64,000 bases of DNA. Source: an uncultured Sutterella sp. (GTDB taxonomy: Bacteria; Pseudomonadota; Gammaproteobacteria; Burkholderiales; Burkholderiaceae_F). Position numbers and translations under genes: made by a program. Shown here one piece after another: positions 27,192-37,536 of this stretch (positions are counted from its first letter, which is position 1; every line of letters begins with the position of its first letter). Location: positions 7,858-71,857 of the forward strand of contig CAAEPH010000051.1 in assembly GCA_900757865.1 (NCBI GenBank), read 5' to 3'. Below the pieces are notes generated by a model. The model saw nothing but the letters and a program-made list of their open reading frames with translations. It had not been told where the DNA came from and ran no database searches.

Positions 27192-27949
27192 TGAACGACA
27201 ACATGACTCAGCACACATTACGGGCAAGGGGTCTAAAAAAACATTATGGCTCTCGTCGCGTTGTCAAAGGGGTTGACCTCTCTGTGCGATCAGGAGAAGT
27301 CGTTGGCCTTTTGGGCCCCAATGGGGCAGGGAAAACGACAACGTTCTATATGGTTGTCGGTCTCATTGTGGGTGATGAGGGCGCTGTTGAGCTCGATGGA
27401 CAAGAGTTAACCCATCTGCCAATCTACAAGCGCGCTCAGTTAGGTGTTTCTTATCTTCCTCAAGAGGCGAGCGTATTTCGTAAACTGTCCGTTGAAGATA
27501 ACATTCGGGCGATATTGGAGTTACAGAAAGATGAGCAAGGGCATCGTCTTTCTTCTAAAGAAATTGACACCCGTCTTGAAAACTTATTGAGCGAACTGCA
27601 AATTCAACACATTCGAACCAATATGGCCCTGTCCCTTTCTGGGGGTGAACGTCGACGTACCGAAATTGCACGAGCGCTTGCTGCTAATCCTCGATTTATT
27701 CTGCTTGATGAACCCTTTGCTGGTGTGGACCCTATTGCGGTTATTGAAATTCAGCGAATTGTCCGCTATTTGCGTGACCGAGGTATCGGCGTTTTAATTA
27801 CTGACCACAATGTGCGTGAAACCCTCGCTATTTGTGACCACGCTTACATTATCAACGAGGGACAAGTTCTTGCCTCGGGCGAACCGGAAGACATCATCAA
27901 TAATGCCGATGTAAGAGCTTTCTATCTTGGAGAAAATTTCCGGATGTAG
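27191..27949 (+). CDS. lptB: LPS export ABC ATPase LptB
   Basis: Walker [14 protein letters not shown], signature LSGGERRR, Walker [12 protein letters not shown] and H-loop ITDHN. Confidence 0.9.
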   Translation: MNDNMTQHTLRARGLKKHYGSRRVVKGVDLSVRSGEVVGLLGPNGAGKTTTFYMVVGLIVGDEGAVELDGQELTHLPIYKRAQLGVSYLPQEASVFRKLSVEDNIRAILELQKDEQGHRLSSKEIDTRLENLLSELQIQHIRTNMALSLSGGERRRTEIARALAANPRFILLDEPFAGVDPIAVIEIQRIVRYLRDRGIGVLITDHNVRETLAICDHAYIINEGQVLASGEPEDIINNADVRAFYLGENFRM

Positions 27950-27964
27950 ATCCGCTCTGTGGTT

Positions 27965-29395
27965 ATGAAATCGTCTTTATCGCTTCAGCTTTCTCAACAA
28001 CAAACCCTTACTCTTGATCAGTTGGCTTCGTTAGACATCTTACAAATGTCGACGTTACAACTCGAAGCCGAAATCGTGTTTGCCTTGTCTGAGAATCCAC
28101 TGATTGAATCGGACGATCTTCCCTGCATTAGCACCTCGGCCACAGCGAGTCCTTCCGATGACGAACCCTCTGTACGCCCTAATGCCGATCAACCGCTGGA
28201 ACAACTCTTTGAATACCCTCTAAAACCTGAGAGCAATGAAGATTTCTCACCTGTAGACAACATTCCTACCCTCTCTAGCCTTAAAGATGAACTCAAAACG
28301 GAATTGCATTGTCTACCCGAATCTAACCTGCATCTTTTTTTGGCCGAATGTCTACTTGATGAGCTCGATGGACACGGGCTTCTGCCCGTCAGCCTCTCTC
28401 AACTCGCCGATGAATATGCCGACGTTCTAAAAGAGGAAGGCTATGACCCAGTTCCCCTAGAAGCGTGGGAACACGGATTGAAACTCTTGAAGCGCATTGC
28501 TCCTATTGGGACAGGAGAACCGAATCCAACTGCGGCACTGCTTGCACAATTGGAGCACTTACAACGCAAAGAAATGTATCCCACTGATGCCATCGTTGCG
28601 CTAAAAAACATACTCAATAAAGGCTTATTGAACATCGCTCGCCAAGATCACAAAGCGCTTCTCAAATGTGTTGACCAGGACGAACCTCTGTTGCAGGAAG
28701 CTCTAGCACTAATGCAGCAGCTCAAACCGTATCCTCTGCAAAATGAAAGTCGGGTAGAAACCGAATTTGTCACTCCGGAACTGTATGTCAAAAATCTAAA
28801 CGATCGCTGGCTGGTTTTCCCTGTTGATAATCCACTTTTTCACCTCCGTTTAGCCTCGGAAAAACGCCAAAGTGCCTTAAGACACGAATTGCCTTATGTC
28901 CTGTGGCAAAATTATTTGACTGAAGCCAAATTACTTATTCACGCCTTAAGTGCTCGACGGGAAACCTTGCTCAAAATTGCTCAGTTCATGGTGGATTACC
29001 AACATTTGTTCTTCTCAGAGGGGGAGGCAGGTTTAAAACCTCTACGTCTTCATGACATCGCCAACGCTGTTGAGGTCGCAGAATCCACCGTCTCACGAGC
29101 CATCTCTGGAAAATATTTATATTGCCCTCAAGGCACCGTAGAACTCAATGCTCTTTTGGCAGGGAAAGCCAATAGCGTCGATCAAGATAGCGACAATACA
29201 ATTAGTAATGAAAAAATTTTTGCCCTACTTCGTCAATTGATTTCCCAGGAAGATCCTACTCAACCGCTGTCTGATAATGCTTTAGTTCAACAGCTGGCCA
29301 AGCATAATATTCTCATTGCTCGCCGAACCGTTGCCAAATATCGTGATTTACTCGGAATACCCACTTCACAGGTAAGACGACGTCCTAAAAGCTGA
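27965..29395 (+). CDS. rpoN: RNA polymerase sigma-54 factor
   Basis: The N-terminal region I is Gln/Leu-rich (LSLQLSQQQTLTLDQL). The HTH is present, and the C-terminal RpoN box reads ARRTVAKYR. The ATG start is at 27965. Confidence 0.9.
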   Translation: MKSSLSLQLSQQQTLTLDQLASLDILQMSTLQLEAEIVFALSENPLIESDDLPCISTSATASPSDDEPSVRPNADQPLEQLFEYPLKPESNEDFSPVDNIPTLSSLKDELKTELHCLPESNLHLFLAECLLDELDGHGLLPVSLSQLADEYADVLKEEGYDPVPLEAWEHGLKLLKRIAPIGTGEPNPTAALLAQLEHLQRKEMYPTDAIVALKNILNKGLLNIARQDHKALLKCVDQDEPLLQEALALMQQLKPYPLQNESRVETEFVTPELYVKNLNDRWLVFPVDNPLFHLRLASEKRQSALRHELPYVLWQNYLTEAKLLIHALSARRETLLKIAQFMVDYQHLFFSEGEAGLKPLRLHDIANAVEVAESTVSRAISGKYLYCPQGTVELNALLAGKANSVDQDSDNTISNEKIFALLRQLISQEDPTQPLSDNALVQQLAKHNILIARRTVAKYRDLLGIPTSQVRRRPKS

Positions 29396-29477
29396 CAACT
29401 GACTGGCAAACCGCTAGACTGTCAATACGTTCTTCTCTTAGTGTTAGTCGCCTCAGTTCGACTAACCTTGGTTAACA

Positions 29478-29990
29478 ATGAATACTCTTTCGCCCTTTCT
29501 AACTCTGGATACTGTTCGCGTAGATCTCGATGTGGTAAGTCGAAAACGACTTTTTGAAGAAGCTGCCCTGGTCTTTGAGGCCTCCTATGGCATTCCTCAT
29601 ACAGATGCCTTTGATGCGCTATTTGCCAGAGAAAAACTCGGTTGTACTTGTTTGGGGCGTGCTTGTGCCATTCCGCATGGTCGCCTAGAAACACTAGACA
29701 AACCCGCTGCTTGCTTCATTCGAACCAAGAATCCTGTTGAAATGGAAGCCCCTGATGGTCGTCCTGCACAACTTTTTTTCTTTTTCCTAGTGCCTGCACA
29801 AACAGCGGAACAGTTCTCTAGCATTCTTCAAGAAGCTAAAGCTCTGTTCGCCGACAAAGACATCCGACAACAACTTCTGCAAGCCCCTACCCCTGTCGCG
29901 GTCTGTGACTTGATCCATAACTGGGTATCTCCCAATGAAAACGCCTCTATAGAAACAGAAAACCCCGTTCCCCCTCTTTCGGAGAATTAG
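29478..29990 (+). CDS. ptsN: PTS-Ntr enzyme IIA (nitrogen regulatory protein PtsN)
   Basis: EIIA-fructose-type fold with the phosphorylatable His in the GCAIPHGR context. Confidence 0.85.
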   Translation: MNTLSPFLTLDTVRVDLDVVSRKRLFEEAALVFEASYGIPHTDAFDALFAREKLGCTCLGRACAIPHGRLETLDKPAACFIRTKNPVEMEAPDGRPAQLFFFFLVPAQTAEQFSSILQEAKALFADKDIRQQLLQAPTPVAVCDLIHNWVSPNENASIETENPVPPLSEN

Positions 29991-29994
29991 CGTC

Positions 29995-30888
29995 ATGCAA
30001 CTTATCATTGTCACTGGTCTATCGGGAGCAGGAAAATCGATTGCCACCCGTCAACTGGAAGATTGTGGGTTCTACTGCATCGACAATCTCCCCGCTGACT
30101 TTCTCATTCCTGTAGCGCTGCGTCTACAAGAAAGTGGCACTCAACTTGCCGCGGTAGCCATTGACGCTCGATCTCAGGCCACCTTCGATCACGCTGTTCA
30201 AGCCCTAGATACATTGCATAAACAGGGGCTTGATGTGCGTATTCTTTTTTTGACGGCCTCTTCCGAAGAGTTGGTAAAGCGTTTCTCAGAGACTCGTCGT
30301 CGACACCCTCTGTCGACACGTGCTCGCAAGCACGATCAAGTTCTGTCATTGCAAGAAGCTATTCAAATTGAGCGCGACTTATTAGCTCCCATCACGGAAC
30401 AAGCGGCCGTCATTGATACGACAAACCTCTTGCCGGCTCAATTAAGAAAGTGGGTTCAACAGTTTATTGGTCAACCACACGCAGACATCACCTTGACCTT
30501 TGAATCTTTTGCCTTTAAACAAGGGATCCCTGTTGCTGCCGACTTAGTGTTTGACGTTCGTTGCCTACCGAATCCTTATTACGACCCGCAGCTTCGTTAT
30601 CTAACAGGGAAAGATCAAGCAATTTGTGACTTCATGAAGAATAAACCTGAAGTCAACGAGATGATTGAGGACATTAGCCATTTCATCCACAAATGGTTTC
30701 CTCTGTACTTACAACAAAATCGCCATTACCTATCCGTCGCCATTGGATGTACCGGAGGGCAGCATCGATCTGTTTATGTCGCCGAAACCTTAGCTCAACG
30801 ATGCAAAGCGTTGTGTCCAACCATCGTCCGTCACCGTAACATTGAAAAAAACTTTTCTCCCGAAGAAGTTTTGCATCAAACCATTTAG
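29995..30888 (+). CDS. rapZ: RNase adapter protein RapZ (YhbJ)
   Basis: P-loop VTGLSGAGKS and the conserved C-terminal region (CTGGQHRS). Confidence 0.9.
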   Translation: MQLIIVTGLSGAGKSIATRQLEDCGFYCIDNLPADFLIPVALRLQESGTQLAAVAIDARSQATFDHAVQALDTLHKQGLDVRILFLTASSEELVKRFSETRRRHPLSTRARKHDQVLSLQEAIQIERDLLAPITEQAAVIDTTNLLPAQLRKWVQQFIGQPHADITLTFESFAFKQGIPVAADLVFDVRCLPNPYYDPQLRYLTGKDQAICDFMKNKPEVNEMIEDISHFIHKWFPLYLQQNRHYLSVAIGCTGGQHRSVYVAETLAQRCKALCPTIVRHRNIEKNFSPEEVLHQTI

Positions 30889-30898
30889 CCTTGTCTTC

Positions 30899-32005
30899 TT
30901 ACGAGAAAGCTAACTGTCCTTGATGAAGCGCTCGAAGGGGAATAATTTGCTTAAGTAGCGTAACAATTGGCGCAGGCATCGCAGGAAGAGCATCTAACGA
31001 TGCTTGATAGGCCTTCCAGTCTGAGGGCACCGATACCTCAGAGGATAATTCAGCAATCACGGGATACAAAATCAGTCGGTAATGAGAGAAATCGTGCGTA
31101 AACTCAGGCAACGTCCAATGTAAGAGAATCTTGTCTGAGCTAATAGGCAACGTAACCGAGGAATTAGGTTGATCACTAAAAGGAGAGAGAAACGGTACCC
31201 AGAGGTTGTGCCAAACGCCAGATCCCGCTCGCTTCACTAAATAAAATCGCTCGCCCTGAAAGGCAAAAAAAGCATGTGTATAGCGAATTGGGCGGCTTTT
31301 AATGGGCTTTTTTCCTGGATACTTCTCCACTTGCTCAAGCGCCTTAGCTCGGCAGATTTCCCTCATTGGACATGCGTCACACACGGGATGGCGCTTACAA
31401 ATAGTCGCTCCTAAGTCCATGAGGGCTTGCGTATAGTCTGGCATGTCACTGGGCTCTGGTAAGATCTCTCGAGCCTTGGACCAAACCTGAGTCTCGAAAC
31501 TTCTCTGCCCCGGAAAGCCTTCAATCGCGAAAATTCGCGACAAAGAGCGTTTGGCATTTCCATCACACATAACGGATCTTTCCTGACTAATAAAGGCAGC
31601 CAAAGCGCCAGCGGTAGATGGTCCAACACCCGGCAACGTTTCCCAGTCTTGGGCTGTTTGGGGATACTGCCCATTTCTCTCGAACACCACCATTTGGACA
31701 GCTTTGTGCAGATGTCTAGCCCGACTGTAATACCCCAGTCCTTCCCAAGCTTTCATCACGTCCTCCTCTGAGCTAGAAGCGAAACGCTCGGGAGTAGGAA
31801 ACTTTTCTAGAAAACGATAAAAGTAGGGAATCACCGTTTGAACTTGCGTTTGTTGGAGCATGATTTCAGAAACTAAACGCGTATACCAAGAATCTTGCTC
31901 TTGCCAAGGCAAGTGATGTCGCCCATACGCCCGATACCACTGCAACAACAAATCTGCAAAAAGAGTTTCAGGGGTCAAGGGGGACTTAGCGGATTGCATA
32001 GGCAT
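30899..32005 (-). CDS. mutY: A/G-specific adenine DNA glycosylase
   Basis: HhH-GPD motif (LPGVGPSTAGA). The Fe-S cluster loop reads CDACPMREIC. A C-terminal NUDIX-like domain is present. The true start may be the ATG at 31999. Confidence 0.9.
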   Translation of the reverse strand: MPMQSAKSPLTPETLFADLLLQWYRAYGRHHLPWQEQDSWYTRLVSEIMLQQTQVQTVIPYFYRFLEKFPTPERFASSSEEDVMKAWEGLGYYSRARHLHKAVQMVVFERNGQYPQTAQDWETLPGVGPSTAGALAAFISQERSVMCDGNAKRSLSRIFAIEGFPGQRSFETQVWSKAREILPEPSDMPDYTQALMDLGATICKRHPVCDACPMREICRAKALEQVEKYPGKKPIKSRPIRYTHAFFAFQGERFYLVKRAGSGVWHNLWVPFLSPFSDQPNSSVTLPISSDKILLHWTLPEFTHDFSHYRLILYPVIAELSSEVSVPSDWKAYQASLDALPAMPAPIVTLLKQIIPLRALHQGQLAFS

Positions 32006-32094
32006 GTTTTAAATTACTCTTCATTTCTGTGTGTTATCGACGAGTCTCTTCGTTAAAATACTGTGCTATGTTTTGCCCTATATCGCGGAAACAC

Positions 32095-33861
32095 ATGTCG
32101 CGTTTTCTCCCTTTTTTAAGCCTTACCCTTTGCTTTTGGTTTGGTCTGCTCTCTAGCTCTTTAGCCAAAGACTCAGGCACCATACCAACGGATCTCAATG
32201 AACCGGGGCGAACGATTTATGAGCTTATCTTAGGGAACCTTGCTTTAACCGCTGGCGATAACCAGCTAGCCTACTCCCTGCTTAAACCGGCCGCAGAGAA
32301 GCTACACAGCTCAAGCGTGGCAGAGCTTGCATGGACAGCAGCAGTCAAAACCCGCTCTAATCAACAAATTCTTGAAGCCTCGCATTTATGGTCCAAAATG
32401 GACCCCTCAGCCGGAGTGGCGAATGATGCACTCCTGATGGACGCTATTTTGCACCAAAATGATGCACAAGTGCGTAAATTGCTGGACCAACTCAGCAAAC
32501 AGCATCAGAAAGACGAGGCAAGTTATATCGCCAAAATTACTCGGTTACTCGCCTCAGACAATATCGATCATCTATGGTTTGAAGGTTTTCTTGAACCCTT
32601 CTGGGACAAATACCCCAAAGACATCCAACTCAATATTGCCAAAGCACTCTATAAGCGGCGACTCGGAGAAGATAAAGAGGCTTGTCGATCTGCTCTCTCT
32701 ATCGTCCCTGGAAACGGCATTGTCTTTCGTGAACGGGATCTACCATGGTTCGTTGAAAACGAGGAAGCAGTGACCACAGCAGCTGACGTATGCTGGAGCA
32801 CGATGCCCGAAAAAAGTCAGCGTCTCCTCGAGACCGTTCTCACTGCAAATCCAGCCTCTACGGTAGGGCATCTGATGTATGGGAAAACGTTGGCGCGTTA
32901 CGGACGTTTCGAACAAGCCATCCAAGAAGCTCAAGAGGCTGTGAAACTCGACCCTCATAATCCCACCATCCTTTTTAACGCTGGCTCATTAGCGGCAGAA
33001 AGTCAGAACTATACGCTCGCTAAGGAGTGGTTTCATCAGTATATCGTGACGGGGAGAGCTCAAAACCCCAGCCATGACTGGGCAACAGATGATGTATGGT
33101 TAGCTCTAGCCTCGGTGTATGATCACTTAGGGGACTTTGTCAGCGAAGCTGAGGCACTATCGCGCTATAGTCCAAAACACAATCTCCCCGAAATACGTAT
33201 CCAAGAAACGGTTGCTTGGTTAAAAGCAGGACGGCCTGATACAGCCGAATCTGTTTTACTGACGGCTATCGAGAAAGATCCCAATAATGAACGCACTTAT
33301 TTCAATGCTCGCATCGAAATACTATTGAAAAGTGGGCAGTCCGCCAAAGCCATTCAGATTCTCAAAAATATCCTTGAACACGACCCCAACAATGAAGACA
33401 TTTTGTTCAATTTAGCGCTGATATATGAGCATCTCAAAGAGCCAAGCAAGGCCGAAGAAATATTTAAACAAATCTTACGTATCAACCCTCACAATGCCTT
33501 CGCCGCCAATGGTCTTGGCTACTATTACGTGCAACGTGGAGAAAAACTACATCTGGCACGCACGTTACTTGAAACAGCCTACCGCCAGTCACCTCTAGAC
33601 TGGCACGTTCTCGATTCAATGGCCTGGTTGAGTTTTAAAGAGAAACGATTCGAACAAGCGTATTACTTTGCTTTGGCTGCCATGAAAGGGGCATTCCACC
33701 AGGAGGTGGTTATGCATATGATTGAAATTCTGGTTTCACTCAATCAAATGCATGACGCCCAAGCGGTTTTCAATGAACTCATTCATCGAAATCCCAAAGC
33801 CATAGATGTGCTTGAACTAGGCAAAAAACTCAAGTTACAGCTTCCTCCGGATCACCAATAA
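32095..33861 (+). CDS. Secreted tetratricopeptide-repeat (TPR) protein
   Basis: Signal peptide (MSRFLPFLSLTLCFWFGLLSSSLA) followed by multiple TPR-like helical repeats. It occupies the conserved position upstream of lolB. Confidence 0.6.
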   Translation: MSRFLPFLSLTLCFWFGLLSSSLAKDSGTIPTDLNEPGRTIYELILGNLALTAGDNQLAYSLLKPAAEKLHSSSVAELAWTAAVKTRSNQQILEASHLWSKMDPSAGVANDALLMDAILHQNDAQVRKLLDQLSKQHQKDEASYIAKITRLLASDNIDHLWFEGFLEPFWDKYPKDIQLNIAKALYKRRLGEDKEACRSALSIVPGNGIVFRERDLPWFVENEEAVTTAADVCWSTMPEKSQRLLETVLTANPASTVGHLMYGKTLARYGRFEQAIQEAQEAVKLDPHNPTILFNAGSLAAESQNYTLAKEWFHQYIVTGRAQNPSHDWATDDVWLALASVYDHLGDFVSEAEALSRYSPKHNLPEIRIQETVAWLKAGRPDTAESVLLTAIEKDPNNERTYFNARIEILLKSGQSAKAIQILKNILEHDPNNEDILFNLALIYEHLKEPSKAEEIFKQILRINPHNAFAANGLGYYYVQRGEKLHLARTLLETAYRQSPLDWHVLDSMAWLSFKEKRFEQAYYFALAAMKGAFHQEVVMHMIEILVSLNQMHDAQAVFNELIHRNPKAIDVLELGKKLKLQLPPDHQ

Positions 33862-33876
33862 CGGCAAACACCGCGA

Positions 33877-34386
33877 ATGAAACAGATTCTTCCTTTTTTC
33901 ACATTAATCTTCAGCCTCTTGCTGTTTGGCTGTAGCACCATTTCTCCTACATCAACGTTCGAGCAACACGGTCGTTTTTCTCTTTCAACGATCAACCACA
34001 ATGGTGAAACTAAAACGGATACGGGACGCTTTACTTACCGCTCAACCCAATACAGTCAATCCTTAGACCTATTAACCCCCTTAAGCGGGGTCTTGGCACA
34101 CATTGAAATTACTCCTGACCGAGCCTGTTTAAGTACGTATAACCACCCTGACGAGGTGTGTCGTCAGACACTAACTCAACTCTTTGATGGGTCTTTTGGT
34201 AAGGGGTACTCTCTGCCTATTGAACATTTTGAAGGACTCCTCAAAAGGGGAACGCTGCCACCGAGCGAGACTCATTGGAAAGCTTCTGCGCTGTCGCATC
34301 ATCCTAACGGGAAACCTAAACTCATCGTGATCATGCCAACTCGTCCCGATCAGATCGTTGGCAAACTCTCGCTTATTCTTGACTAA
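33877..34386 (+). CDS. lolB: Outer-membrane lipoprotein LolB (lipoprotein insertase)
   Basis: Lipobox LLFGC. A protein of this size immediately upstream of ispE matches the conserved lolB-ispE synteny. Confidence 0.6.
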   Translation: MKQILPFFTLIFSLLLFGCSTISPTSTFEQHGRFSLSTINHNGETKTDTGRFTYRSTQYSQSLDLLTPLSGVLAHIEITPDRACLSTYNHPDEVCRQTLTQLFDGSFGKGYSLPIEHFEGLLKRGTLPPSETHWKASALSHHPNGKPKLIVIMPTRPDQIVGKLSLILD

Positions 34387-34401
34387 ATGAGTATGTAAAC
34401 C

Positions 34402-35274
34402 ATGCAAGCACTCCTAGGACTCCCTGCCCCTGCCAAAATTAATCTCTTTCTGCATGTTATTGGAAGAAGGAGTGATGGGAAGCATTTACTGGAATCGGCC
34501 TTTAGCTTAGTCAATGTTTGTGACACGATTGACTTAATAGCTTTGGAAAACAATACGATAGAGCGCAAGGGGGACATCATCGGAGACAGTCATCAGGATC
34601 TCTGTGTTCGTGCGGCTCAACTGCTCAAAGAGCGCTTCCACATTCAAACAGGTGTTCAAATTACTGTAAAAAAACGTATTCCTAGTGGAGCCGGTTTAGG
34701 AGGGGGAAGTTCGGATGCTGCAACGACACTCATCGGCTTGAACAAACTTTGGGACCTGCACTTATCGCGATCCGCCTTATTGGTCTTAGGTCTTGAGCTC
34801 GGTGCCGATGTCCCCTTTTTTCTCTTTGGTCACACAGCTTTTGTTGAAGGGATAGGTGAAAAACTGACCCATATTGATCTCCCTGAAGCTCGGTTTGCCA
34901 TCATTTGGCCAGGAAAGTCTGTATCTACAGCAAAAATATTTTCGTCACCAGCCTTGACAAGAGATTCGAAATCTACGAAAATATGCGACTTCTTGGATAT
35001 CCAAACATCCTCATGGCCAGTCTTATTTGGTCGTAATGACTTACAGGCAGTAGCGATAAACGAAGAGCCCGAAATAGCAAAAACTTTGCATTGGCTTAAA
35101 AATTCGCTACAATGTGAGCCTCGTATGACTGGTTCAGGAAGTGCGGTATTCGGAGTTCTCCCTAGTGGGGAACCAACAAATCTAGCAGAGTTGGGGCCTT
35201 GGCCTCAAGATTGGAAAGGTTTTGTTGCAGAGTCCTTGTCGGAGCATCCTCTGGCACAATGGCTCGATGATTAG
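34402..35274 (+). CDS. ispE: 4-diphosphocytidyl-2-C-methyl-D-erythritol kinase
   Basis: GHMP kinase motifs (PAKINLFLHV, IPSGAGLGGGSSDAA). Confidence 0.9.
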   Translation: MQALLGLPAPAKINLFLHVIGRRSDGKHLLESAFSLVNVCDTIDLIALENNTIERKGDIIGDSHQDLCVRAAQLLKERFHIQTGVQITVKKRIPSGAGLGGGSSDAATTLIGLNKLWDLHLSRSALLVLGLELGADVPFFLFGHTAFVEGIGEKLTHIDLPEARFAIIWPGKSVSTAKIFSSPALTRDSKSTKICDFLDIQTSSWPVLFGRNDLQAVAINEEPEIAKTLHWLKNSLQCEPRMTGSGSAVFGVLPSGEPTNLAELGPWPQDWKGFVAESLSEHPLAQWLDD

Positions 35275-35286
35275 AACAAAGAGGAT

Positions 35287-35364
35287 AGGGGTATAGCCAA
35301 GCTGGCCCAAGGCATCGGATTTTGATTCCGACATTCGAAGGTTCGAATCCTTCTACCCCTGCCA
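35287..35364 (+). tRNA. tRNA-Gln (anticodon TTG)
   Basis: Cloverleaf read by hand. The acceptor stem pairs AGGGGTA with TACCCCT. The anticodon stem TCGGA/TCCGA carries the loop TTTTGAT, giving anticodon TTG. The T-arm is GAAGG-TTCGAAT-CCTTC, followed by discriminator G and an encoded CCA. Confidence 0.85.
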
Positions 35365-35374
35365 TTTACTGTAT

Positions 35375-35412
35375 AGGGAGGATGTCTTTTAGACCTCCCT
35401 TTTTTGTTTTTT
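35375..35412 (+). terminator. Rho-independent terminator after tRNA-Gln
   Basis: AGGGAGG-ATGTCTTTTAGA-CCTCCCT followed by TTTTTTGTTTTTTT. Confidence 0.55.
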
Positions 35413-35510
35413 TCTCTGAAGTTTTCGTTGGTCTTGTTAACCGAAACTTCATACCTGCTGTTAACACACGAGTGGGTCTCCCCATTCAGATACACAAAGA
35501 GTTTTTAATC

Positions 35511-36470
35511 ATGGATCCCATGGTGCCAGATAGTATGATGGTCTTCTCCGGGAATGCGAATCCCAAATTGGCAGAAGCTGTCACCAAATACCTCAATATC
35601 CCTCTCGGTAATGCCACTGTCACTCGCTTCAGCGATGGCGAAGTTATGGTTCAGTTGTTGGATAACGTTCGCGGTAAGGATGTCTTTATCCTCCAGTCGA
35701 CGTGCGCTCCGACGAATGACAACCTCATGGAATTGATGTTAATGGCCGATGCTCTGAAACGCGCTTCTGCTCGTCGCATCACGGCAGCTGTTCCGTACTT
35801 TGGCTATGCTCGCCAAGATCGTCGTCCTCGCTCTACTCGTGTTGCCATTTCGGCCAAAGTCGTTGCCAATATGCTTCAGTCCGTCGGTGTTGATCACGTC
35901 TTGACCATGGACTTACATGCTGATCAAATTCAGGGTTTCTTTGACATCCCTGTTGACAACATTTTTGCCACACCTATTTTGCTCAACGATTTAGTTGAAC
36001 GTCACTACGACAACCTCATGGTGGTGTCTCCTGACGTTGGTGGTGTAGTACGTGCCCGTGCAATGGCCAAAGCTCTTGAAGTTGACTTGGCTATTATTGA
36101 CAAACGTCGTCCACGTGCGAATGTCGCCGAAATCATGAACATCATCGGTGAAGTGAAAGATCGCACTTGCGTTATTACTGATGATATCGTGGATACAGCT
36201 GGCACACTTTGCAACGCTGCTGGCGCATTGAAAGAACGCGGAGCGAAACGTGTTGTTGCCTACATCACCCACCCAGTTTTATCTGGCGCTGCCGTAGAAC
36301 GAATTAATAATTCTGCGCTTGACGAACTCGTTGTGACGGATACCATTCCTCTCAACGCTGCCGCCGAAGCCAGCCCTAAGATCCGCCAAATTACCACGGC
36401 TGCGATCATTGGGGAAACCCTTTCACGCATTGCTCGTGAAGCTTCTGTTAGTAGCCTTTTTGCTGAATAA
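35511..36470 (+). CDS. prs: Ribose-phosphate pyrophosphokinase
   Basis: Colinear with E. coli Prs ([14 protein letters not shown]...RFSDGEV...[17 protein letters not shown]...[11 protein letters not shown]). The ORF-track start at 35322 is a TTG codon inside the tRNA gene and is spurious. Confidence 0.9.
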   Translation: MDPMVPDSMMVFSGNANPKLAEAVTKYLNIPLGNATVTRFSDGEVMVQLLDNVRGKDVFILQSTCAPTNDNLMELMLMADALKRASARRITAAVPYFGYARQDRRPRSTRVAISAKVVANMLQSVGVDHVLTMDLHADQIQGFFDIPVDNIFATPILLNDLVERHYDNLMVVSPDVGGVVRARAMAKALEVDLAIIDKRRPRANVAEIMNIIGEVKDRTCVITDDIVDTAGTLCNAAGALKERGAKRVVAYITHPVLSGAAVERINNSALDELVVTDTIPLNAAAEASPKIRQITTAAIIGETLSRIAREASVSSLFAE

Positions 36471-36549
36471 CAGATTTTTATTTATCGAGGCTCCCTGCAG
36501 TTGGTCGCGATTGTAGGGGCCCTTTTTTGAACCTTTTAGGAGTAATCCA

Positions 36550-37191
36550 ATGAAAGTCATCGCCACCACGCGTAACACGCAAGGTACGGGTGCGAGCCGC
36601 CGCCTTCGTCGTGCGGATAAATTGCCGGGTATTCTTTACGGCGGCAAAGAACCCGCTACGCCAATCGAGCTCGAACATAATCCTATTTTCTATGCATTGA
36701 AGAAGGAAAAGTTCCACGCTTCGATTTTGACGATGGAACTCGATGGTAAGGAACAATTGGTCGTTTTACGTGCTTTCCAGTTGCATCCTTACAAACCTCA
36801 GGTTATGCATATCGACTTCCAGCGCATTGACGCTAACGAACCTGTGACAATGCGTGTTCCTCTTCACTTCCATGGTGAAGAAGATAGCCCTGCCGTTAAG
36901 ATCGATAAGGGCCTTATCTCGCACACCATTTCCTATGTTGAAGTGACCTGCTTGCCGAAGTTGTTGCCTGAGTTCGTTTCTGTGGATTTGTCCTCCATGA
37001 CGACGGGGACCACCTTCCACGCTGCGATGTTGCAGTTGCCTGAAGGAGTTAGCGTTTCGACCAAGTTTGGTTTGGACACCGTAATCGCGTCGGTTGTGAC
37101 CGTAGCGGAAGAAACCGTTACTACCGAAGCTGGGGCTGATGCCACGGCTGATGCAGCCGCTCCTGCAGCTGACGCTACGCCAGCTGCCTAA
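36550..37191 (+). CDS. rplY: 50S ribosomal protein L25, general stress protein Ctc form
   Basis: L25 N-terminal domain (RLRRADKLPGILYGG) plus a Ctc-type C-terminal extension ending in an Ala/Thr/Asp-rich tail. Confidence 0.9.
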   Translation: MKVIATTRNTQGTGASRRLRRADKLPGILYGGKEPATPIELEHNPIFYALKKEKFHASILTMELDGKEQLVVLRAFQLHPYKPQVMHIDFQRIDANEPVTMRVPLHFHGEEDSPAVKIDKGLISHTISYVEVTCLPKLLPEFVSVDLSSMTTGTTFHAAMLQLPEGVSVSTKFGLDTVIASVVTVAEETVTTEAGADATADAAAPAADATPAA

Positions 37192-37245
37192 GCTTGGCTT
37201 GAGATCCCGAAGAAGCATGCGTTGCTTCTTCGGTTATCGATTCAA

Positions 37246-37288
37246 CCCGCCAAAGAGCTCCTTTGCGCTTGGCGGGTTTCTTTTTTTG
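37246..37288 (+). terminator. Rho-independent terminator after rplY, preceded by a second hairpin at about 37207-37233
   Basis: CCCGCCAAAG-loop-CTTGGCGGG followed by TTTCTTTTTTT. Confidence 0.6.
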
Positions 37289-37536
37289 GAGAGCGTCATT
37301 GGGTGTTGACCTTGTTGTTGCTCTGATGACGAACTCTTTCCACCGTGTTTTAGGCCTTATTTTTTAAGGTTAAAAAATCTGACTGTTTTGGATTGGTTAC
37401 CAAAACGACTTCAGACTTCGGCAAAACGGCACATGTCGAACCTTTGCTCGAAGTATTTATAACGCTCATTACCCCTATTGTGTTGCATTGATTGAGATTG
37501 GTGTTAGGGGTGATTTGCCACACCTTTTGGAACATC

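Noticed and set aside
35162-35495. Two minus-strand ORFs (67 and 74 aa) and the long ORF-track version of prs starting at 35322
   Set aside because: They run antisense through tRNA-Gln and its terminator. The prs extension starts at a TTG inside the tRNA, whereas the Prs alignment begins at 35511.
36160-36185. Sigma-54-like TGGCAC...GCA motif inside prs
   Set aside because: The spacing between the GG and GC elements is 2 nt too short, and the site is in the middle of a coding region.
37100-37191. Ala/Thr/Asp/Pro-rich low-complexity C-terminal tails of rplY (and of ssb at 2560-2650)
   Set aside because: Such tails are common in Ctc-form L25 and in SSB linkers. They are not repeats of regulatory or mobile significance.
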